Assembly: GCF_900232105.1 (NCBI RefSeq)
Contig: NZ_LT934425.1
Location: 1,470,001 to 1,502,000 of the forward strand
DNA: 32,000 nt
Direction: 5' to 3'
Source: Candidatus Kuenenia stuttgartensis
Lineage (GTDB): Bacteria; Planctomycetota; Brocadiia; Brocadiales; Brocadiaceae
How positions within the stretch are numbered: the first letter of the stretch is position 1; each line of letters opens with the position of its first letter. Of the stretch, positions 26,940 through 32,000 are shown in pieces. A model generated the notes under the pieces. It did not search any database. It worked only from the letters and a program-made list of their open reading frames with translations, and had not been told where the DNA came from. A program made the position numbers and the translations under genes.

Positions 26940-27242
26940 TCATTCTACCTGATAATCTTCAAACTCTCTATCCATAGGATTTAGCGCTCTACCTCCAAAT
27001 CCCTCCCTGTGCAAACGGATATCCTTAATTATCTCTGCCGCCGAGCGCTCATCATTCCAAATGCCGTAGAGACCGCTCCCTTTGGTTTCGCGCTTCTTGT
27101 GACGCACTTTCACAGAAAGCACACCTTCCTTTAACGAGTGAATGATCTTCACAACCTTTGGAAGCACCTCGCCAGGCATTTCCCGAACTTCCCTAAGAAT
27201 AATCTTTTCATATTCAGCCCTTGTCCCCATAATTTCCTCCAT
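26940..27242 (-). CDS. Small antitoxin-like protein with no adjacent toxin gene (orphan)
   Basis: 100 aa (96 aa from ATG 27230, which has a GGAGGA SD). The N-terminal helical segment and C-terminal ...GLYGIWNDERSAAEIIKDIRLHRE resemble short type II antitoxins. No family assigned. Confidence 0.4.
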   Translation of the reverse strand: MEEIMGTRAEYEKIILREVREMPGEVLPKVVKIIHSLKEGVLSVKVRHKKRETKGSGLYGIWNDERSAAEIIKDIRLHREGFGGRALNPMDREFEDYQVE

Positions 27243-27522
27243 AATCCTCTTTTTGAAAAACTCATAGCGCCAAGTTTTTTGTTGAAACTCATCTTACCTG
27301 ATAATCTTCAGACTCTCAATGCCTTGTATGTACTACAAAGGCGTCATAGGTATTTCCTAACTGGGTGCTGCCTCTCATTGCTATTTTCTGAAATTAGATA
27401 TGGTGTCACTAGAATTCCAATTCTTTCTCACTCCAAGCGGGATAAAACGAACTCAACTGTTCTTAAAAAAAGTGAATATCGTGTCTTGTCGCTGTTATGT
27501 GCAGTTGGATGCTCCGTTGATT

Positions 27523-29478
27523 TTATTCTTCTGCGTCCTTTAAAAGGAGATTCAATTCTTTGAACAGTTTGTCAAATCGATCTAGAGCTTCCTCAAGATG
27601 CGGAAGGTTCTTTTTTATCATGCCCGAGTTTTCTACTAAGAATGATGCTGGTCCAAAGTGGTCGAATTCAGAAATATCTATTGAAAGCGTTCTGAAATGT
27701 TCCTCAACCTCTGCAACAACCCGCTTTGGTGCTTTTGAGGGCTTCTTGTCAGACAGCTGTTGAGATCCTTTCAGGCTGTAACATTCATTCACTAAAGTTA
27801 TATACGTTGAACGACCAAACATATCTTCAATATCAGCTTCATCTTGGTTAGCAAACATCTCGGCACTGAAGACGTGCCCTTTCTTAAGTATCTCGGAATC
27901 TCGGAGAGTGCGGATTTTCTTCTTGTCACCATCGTGAAAATCTGTAAAAACGGCAATGTGAAGTTTGTTGCAGCCGAAAAGAGTAATAAAGCTGCCTATC
28001 TTGTCTATTCCTCCGGCCGGAGCAATGACCCATTTTGAATCCAAGCCTTCTTTGCATTGTGATTTGAGTTCCTGAGAGAACCACTTGAGGTATAGCAGGT
28101 CGGACGGTCCCTCGACAAGCAACGTGTGCTTCCCGATGAATAGAGTCTGAGTGATCTCATAACCAAGGGCTGCTTGTAATGGGAACAGAGTGTCGGAATC
28201 CGTGCTTAGAACTTTGTCGCCTATCTTAGTTCCTAATGGTTGCTTATTCTTTACGACATCTTCAACCGTCCTGACACCCATGATGTTGTCGGGATCCACC
28301 ATAAAAGGGGAATGGGTACTGTAGATAACTTGAAAGTGCGGTTTTAGCTTTTCGTTTATGTATCTGAGCAAATCTCCCTGTGCTTTGGCGTGCAAGCTGA
28401 GACCGGGTTCGTCCAGAAGTAGAAAGAGATTCGTACCATAGGTCTTCCGTACTTGTGAGAACCACGCCAAGAAAGAAAAGAACCAAACGAAGCCTGTGCT
28501 GCGGTCTTCGAAGCTTACAGATACTTGATGTCGGGTGTTCTCTATACGAGTCATAAAGACATATCCACTATTGAACGGCGGCGGATCCTCTGCCAGTGCA
28601 TTTTCGAAGCGGAAGTTGACCCTTAAGTATTCATTCTGACTCCAATATTCAAATATCTCTCGGGTCAGCTTATTGGAAACACCCTCAAGCTTTGCTATTA
28701 AATGTTCAAGTTTACCTAACTCTTGAATTTCTTTTGGTGTAGTGCCGGCTAAATCAAGCAAGGCAAGGAAAATCTTCTCTGAGAATAAAAGTTTCTTAGA
28801 ACTTATGTTCTGGCTTAGCGCATTGAAGGAAACTCGCCCAGCCATTTTCTGGTAGTCAGCGAAATAGAGAAAAGTTGGAAGCCGTGTAGCCAATGCATTA
28901 TTGACCACTTGGCTTAGTTCCCCATTTGGGATATTCTTCTTAATCTTAGCAAGAACCTCTGCCTGTTCTGCTGAGGGTGTCTTGATGTTCTCAAGTTGTG
29001 TGATTATATCTGCAACAGAGAGAACCTTGGTCCCTTCTGTAATCTCTCCCTTCTCGGAACGAAGTTGCTTGAGATAATGCTTTACAACTTTCGCTTCGTC
29101 AACCTCAGTATTCCAACAGAGTTTGTTTCCATAGCCTTTGGTTACTGTGACCAGCTTACTCCTGATCGGGTTCACCCCGAATGTATCCTGCAAGACCTTT
29201 TCGTCTCTTTGGTCGAGTTCCCATACAGTCGTGAGTACATTAGCTGGTTTCTCATCCTTGATTACCTCGTAATCTGTTAAACCCTTCCTTGGATACTCCT
29301 CAAGGTCATCGAAGTCAGCTTGATCGCGTTCCACTGGCTTAAGTTTGTAGAGAGCCTGCAAGACTGCACTCTTTCCAGACTCATTTTTCCCGACTAGACA
29401 AGTAATAGGCGCTAGTGAAAATTCTTCTGAATCGTCAATGCACTTGTAATTATGAATTCTTACGGTTTTGAGTCTCAT
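27523..29478 (-). CDS. OLD-family nuclease: N-terminal ABC-type ATPase plus C-terminal Toprim domain, stand-alone (class 1-like)
   Basis: 651 aa. Walker A GKNESGKS, signature-like RSTGFVWFFSF, Walker B LFLLLDEPGLSLH, H-loop YSTHSPF. Toprim LLVEGPSDLLYL and DFHDGD. Strong AGGAGG SD. Confidence 0.75.
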   Translation of the reverse strand: MRLKTVRIHNYKCIDDSEEFSLAPITCLVGKNESGKSAVLQALYKLKPVERDQADFDDLEEYPRKGLTDYEVIKDEKPANVLTTVWELDQRDEKVLQDTFGVNPIRSKLVTVTKGYGNKLCWNTEVDEAKVVKHYLKQLRSEKGEITEGTKVLSVADIITQLENIKTPSAEQAEVLAKIKKNIPNGELSQVVNNALATRLPTFLYFADYQKMAGRVSFNALSQNISSKKLLFSEKIFLALLDLAGTTPKEIQELGKLEHLIAKLEGVSNKLTREIFEYWSQNEYLRVNFRFENALAEDPPPFNSGYVFMTRIENTRHQVSVSFEDRSTGFVWFFSFLAWFSQVRKTYGTNLFLLLDEPGLSLHAKAQGDLLRYINEKLKPHFQVIYSTHSPFMVDPDNIMGVRTVEDVVKNKQPLGTKIGDKVLSTDSDTLFPLQAALGYEITQTLFIGKHTLLVEGPSDLLYLKWFSQELKSQCKEGLDSKWVIAPAGGIDKIGSFITLFGCNKLHIAVFTDFHDGDKKKIRTLRDSEILKKGHVFSAEMFANQDEADIEDMFGRSTYITLVNECYSLKGSQQLSDKKPSKAPKRVVAEVEEHFRTLSIDISEFDHFGPASFLVENSGMIKKNLPHLEEALDRFDKLFKELNLLLKDAEE

Positions 29479-29500
29479 CTACACCTCCTATTTGTTCTAA

Positions 29501-29725
29501 TTACTCAGAGAAACTGGACTTTATTTCCTTCATCTCTTGCAATTCCAGCCCTTCTATCTTCCTTTTGTACTCTTCCATCACAATTAAAAGATATGTGTTG
29601 TGTCCGTTGCGCTTGACCCAGCCGCACTTTTATCAAAGAAACGCCACACCCGCTTCTTTAAAATGTTTGTTGATCTTTACACTGGCCTTGGGGGCTTCTT
29701 TATTAAGACATATTCTATAGTGCCA
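29501..29725 (-). pseudogene. Decayed Phd/YefM-like antitoxin remnant
   Basis: A single frame reads ...SVKINKHFKEAGVAFL**KCGWVKRNGHNTYLLIVMEEYKRKIEGLELQEMKEIKSSFSE, with tandem in-frame TGA TAA and no start codon. Only a 25-aa ORF (29501-29578) is intact. Confidence 0.3.
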
Positions 29726-30097
29726 TTACCGTAAATCTTCTATCATCCTTTTAATAGTAATGGATAATGGTGACACTTCATGTGCACATATCCAAAATAC
29801 CTCTTCCGCATCAATATCAAAATAGTGATGTGCGATAATATCCCGGAAACCCATGGCGCCTTTCCAGTCGGTTTCAGAGTATTTCGAAAGAAGGCTGCCG
29901 CCTGTTATTTTGTCTATATTTTTCAAGGCTTCTCCGATGGAGATGAACAGCATGCAGATACCATCCAGCTTTTCCATACCGGCCGGCGAATCGGTAAAAT
30001 CGTCTGCGCTATGAATTTGTTCCGAACGACTTTTGATTTTTCCAAGGGCTTCATCAATCTGATGGAGTATTGACAGAACAAGGTCATTATCAAACAT
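29726..30097 (-). CDS. hepT: HepT (DUF86) toxin
   Basis: 123 aa. ...ISIGEALKNI...GFRDIIAHHYFDIDAEEVFW carries R-x4-H-x-Y. Confidence 0.85.
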   Translation of the reverse strand: MFDNDLVLSILHQIDEALGKIKSRSEQIHSADDFTDSPAGMEKLDGICMLFISIGEALKNIDKITGGSLLSKYSETDWKGAMGFRDIIAHHYFDIDAEEVFWICAHEVSPLSITIKRMIEDLR

Positions 30098-30380
30098 AGA
30101 CGCCCTCTTTCTCTATGCGTTCTTTAAGAAAAGGGTTCATCTTTTCCCGCATCCTGACAATATCAACCTGTTTCCGCACCCGGCTTTCAATCTCTTCCTT
30201 TATGTGCACCATTGCAAACGGGTTGGGAGTCTTTGTTTTTATACAGACGTCAACATCACTGTCCTCCCTCGCTTCATCCCGAGCAATCGAACCGAAGATT
30301 CCGATTTCAAGTATGCCGTATTTATCCGCAAAGTTCTGTTTGAAGTCGCGCAAAATGGCTAGTATATCATCTCTTCCCAT
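30090..30380 (-). CDS. mntA: MNT-type nucleotidyltransferase antitoxin
   Basis: 96 aa. IGIFGSIARDEAREDSDVDVCI. 8-nt overlap with hepT. AGGAGG SD. Confidence 0.85.
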   Translation of the reverse strand: MGRDDILAILRDFKQNFADKYGILEIGIFGSIARDEAREDSDVDVCIKTKTPNPFAMVHIKEEIESRVRKQVDIVRMREKMNPFLKERIEKEGVYV

Positions 30381-30482
30381 TATCTGCCTCCTACTGCATT
30401 TATTGCCAATATCTTCTTTCCATAACTACACCTCAATGACCTTGAGACCTTCAAACCGCAAAGGGAATAAAGGCTAGGATCA

Positions 30483-31106
30483 TTACCGTTTCATCAACTT
30501 TCCCTGGCTTTGAGCAGTTTTGATGACAGGATGATTAGCCGTAAAGATTTGTATCCCCGGCACTGTGACAAAGTCGCCATCATCGGTAATGACCTTTAGC
30601 ACACCTGCCTTTGAAATAGCTTCAAGGATAAACAGATCGTAGCCGTCGAGAGGCTGACTCGAAAGCCTTGAGAGAGCAGCATTAGTAACCTGTTCATCTA
30701 TTTGAAGGTCAAGCGTTTGAGCCATTGTGTTAACCTGGCTCCAGGCGGTTTGAACTTCTGCTACGACATTGGCCCGTTCTGTTGAATGGTTATGGCGGTA
30801 TTCTTTACTACCCAAGGCCCCATTAGAGCGGCTGTAAATCTCCCGCTCCGTCCTTTCGATCAGGTGTGCTAATTCTGCCAGAGAAAGTCCGCATCTGTGG
30901 AGTTGGCTTTTCGCTGAAATGGTCTTGCTGATGTATGATGGATAGTCGTTTGTTTGATAAGGTTTGGGACGCGTATCCGCCAGATCTGCCCTGGAATAAG
31001 TAACCCAGTACCATACATTGGTATCCACAAGAAAGATATCGTCTTGCCCCGGTGTGTCATTGCGAATATCGATTACTTCGGCATGGACTGTATAATTGAT
31101 TGCCAT
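30483..31106 (-). CDS. Enlarged PIN-domain nuclease (VapC-like core with N-terminal extension and central insertion)
   Basis: 207 aa. FLVDTNVW (first acidic residue), LDGYDLFILE, VITDDGDFVTVPGIQIF (C-terminal PIN motif). The start overlaps the upstream stop in TAATG. Confidence 0.7.
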   Translation of the reverse strand: MAINYTVHAEVIDIRNDTPGQDDIFLVDTNVWYWVTYSRADLADTRPKPYQTNDYPSYISKTISAKSQLHRCGLSLAELAHLIERTEREIYSRSNGALGSKEYRHNHSTERANVVAEVQTAWSQVNTMAQTLDLQIDEQVTNAALSRLSSQPLDGYDLFILEAISKAGVLKVITDDGDFVTVPGIQIFTANHPVIKTAQSQGKLMKR

Positions 31107-31453
31107 TATAAAGCCTCGGACTGTTCAAGCAGGACTTCGTCAACGGCCTTACGAACGTTAGGGTTGGAATAATACTCTTTAGAGTTCTCAATAACTCTTT
31201 TGAGAACCGCTAAACCTGTAGGGACAATGTTTGTAATTTTGAGGAGGCGGTTAAGGTCGTCAGGTTTAATATCTTTGAGTAGCCGACCAATGGCGGCATT
31301 AAAGAACGGTGATGCAAATATTTTCACATCCTTAAAATCAAGGGCAACGATATTGCCGCCTGATAATTCAGGGTGTATCAAGTTGAAAATTTTCTGACCG
31401 TCCTCCAGTGTAATGCAGTTTTCACCAACCAGATCAAATACGTTTATCTTCAT
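31106..31453 (-). CDS. STAS-like DUF4325 domain protein
   Basis: 115 aa. MKINVFDLVGENCITLEDGQKIF...VALDFKDVKIFASPFFNAAIGRL matches my recollection of the DUF4325 (STAS-like) pattern. GGAGG SD at 31461-31465. Confidence 0.65.
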   Translation of the reverse strand: MKINVFDLVGENCITLEDGQKIFNLIHPELSGGNIVALDFKDVKIFASPFFNAAIGRLLKDIKPDDLNRLLKITNIVPTGLAVLKRVIENSKEYYSNPNVRKAVDEVLLEQSEAL

Positions 31454-31470
31454 TTTAAAACCTCCATTGA

Positions 31471-31620
31471 TTAAAAAAGCGGCTCTTCAACAACTTCTGA
31501 CGCCAAGTGGTAATATGATTCATCACAAATAAAAGTTATATTTATAAGAGTTCCTTCAAAAAATGTAGACCTGTTCAAGAACTCTTCCCGCTTGCTATCT
31601 ATGTATAGCATAACCCTCAT
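31471..31620 (-). other. Out-of-frame continuation (49 codons) that probably is the true C-terminus of the GHKL ATPase
   Basis: The shifted frame reads (MRVM)LYIDSKREEFLNRSTFFEGTLINITFICDESYYHLASEVVEEPLF*. It ends 17 nt before the DUF4325 start. The GT-x-(I/V)-x-(I/V) segment is typical of the last strand of GHKL kinase-like folds. Confidence 0.45.
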
Positions 31621-32000
31621 GGCTAAATACCTCAAGTTTTCCCTTATTGATTTTTACGAACTCTTTAAGCAGATCAAGCCCCAGACCTCTATTATTTGGC
31701 TTCGTGGTTGTCCCGCGCTGAAATGCCCATTTCAGGCAGCTTGCGGCGTTCAAGGAGTGCGCCCGCGGATCATGTTTGAAAAACATTCTTACATTTGACG
31801 GTATCCCAACGCCAAAATCCACAACTGAAAGTTTAAGTTCATGTTTATTCGGGTAATGTTGACCGCAGCTAAAGATACCAATGGGCGACTGGCCATGCTC
31901 AAAGGCATTGGCGTAAATCTCCCAGACCCTGCCAACAATGGCATCCTTCAGCATTTCACTCACAGGAACCCATCCTCGCCCCAGCCAATTCGTTTTCAAG
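31595..32000 (-). CDS. GHKL-superfamily ATPase / RsbW-SpoIIAB-like kinase. The 5' end is outside the window and the reading frame stops prematurely at 31595.
   Basis: N-box VWEIYANAFEHG, G1 VVDFGVGIP, G2 NRGLGLDLLKEF. The ORF runs off the right window edge. Confidence 0.7.
   Translation of the reverse strand, partial: LKTNWLGRGWVPVSEMLKDAIVGRVWEIYANAFEHGQSPIGIFSCGQHYPNKHELKLSVVDFGVGIPSNVRMFFKHDPRAHSLNAASCLKWAFQRGTTTKPNNRGLGLDLLKEFVKINKGKLEVFSHEGYAIHR

Noticed and set aside
27138-27563. 141-aa plus-strand ORF
   Set aside because: It runs antisense across the start of the antitoxin-like gene, the spacer and the 3' end of the OLD gene. It has no motifs and no SD.
27523-29478. Assigning the OLD-family gene to Gabija (GajA) or PARIS (AriA/AriB)
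   Set aside because: No UvrD-like helicase gene (GajB) and no separate DUF4435/Toprim gene is adjacent. The Toprim is in the same polypeptide and the size fits stand-alone OLD proteins. A fused PARIS-like protein cannot be excluded without profile searches.
1-32000. Naming the source organism from the style of intergenic repeats and the AT-rich composition
   Set aside because: I have only a vague impression and no verifiable marker (no rRNA in the window). A 16S or whole-contig database search would be needed, so no taxon is claimed.

Overview
This is a bacterial chromosomal segment that looks AT-rich by eye. I cannot assign a lineage without a database search.

Positions ~200-25,850 are mostly housekeeping genes:
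- tsaC, rpiB, a lipoprotein and dapF
- a CheB/CheR-PAS fusion followed by a PAS hybrid histidine kinase
- ispG-dxr-rseP
- a 2-hydroxyacyl-CoA-dehydratase-family gene and ftsH
- a MacA/MacB-like exporter with no adjacent permease
- recG and a pterin-4a-carbinolamine dehydratase

Almost every intergenic gap is filled with nested foldback (MITE-like) repeats of at least four families. At 9.7-12.4 kb there are two small TA loci and a frameshifted P-loop kinase. One TA locus is brnT/brnA, with an in-frame TGA in brnT. The other is mntA/hepT, bracketed by long inverted repeats that are split by nested MITEs.

From ~25,880 to the right edge the window becomes an accessory toxin/defence island, entirely on the minus strand. 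It holds a restriction-helicase N-terminal remnant, two more MNT/HepT pairs, an orphan antitoxin-like gene, a stand-alone OLD-family ABC-ATPase/Toprim nuclease and a decayed Phd-like remnant.

The most interesting item is a tightly coupled three-gene unit at the right end: GHKL ATPase -> STAS-like DUF4325 protein -> enlarged PIN nuclease. The ATPase 5' end lies outside the window and the gene has an apparent frameshift. The unit looks like a partner-switching module wired to a nuclease toxin, and I cannot assign it to any named system.

I recognised no rRNA, tRNA, CRISPR array, integrase or transposase gene.
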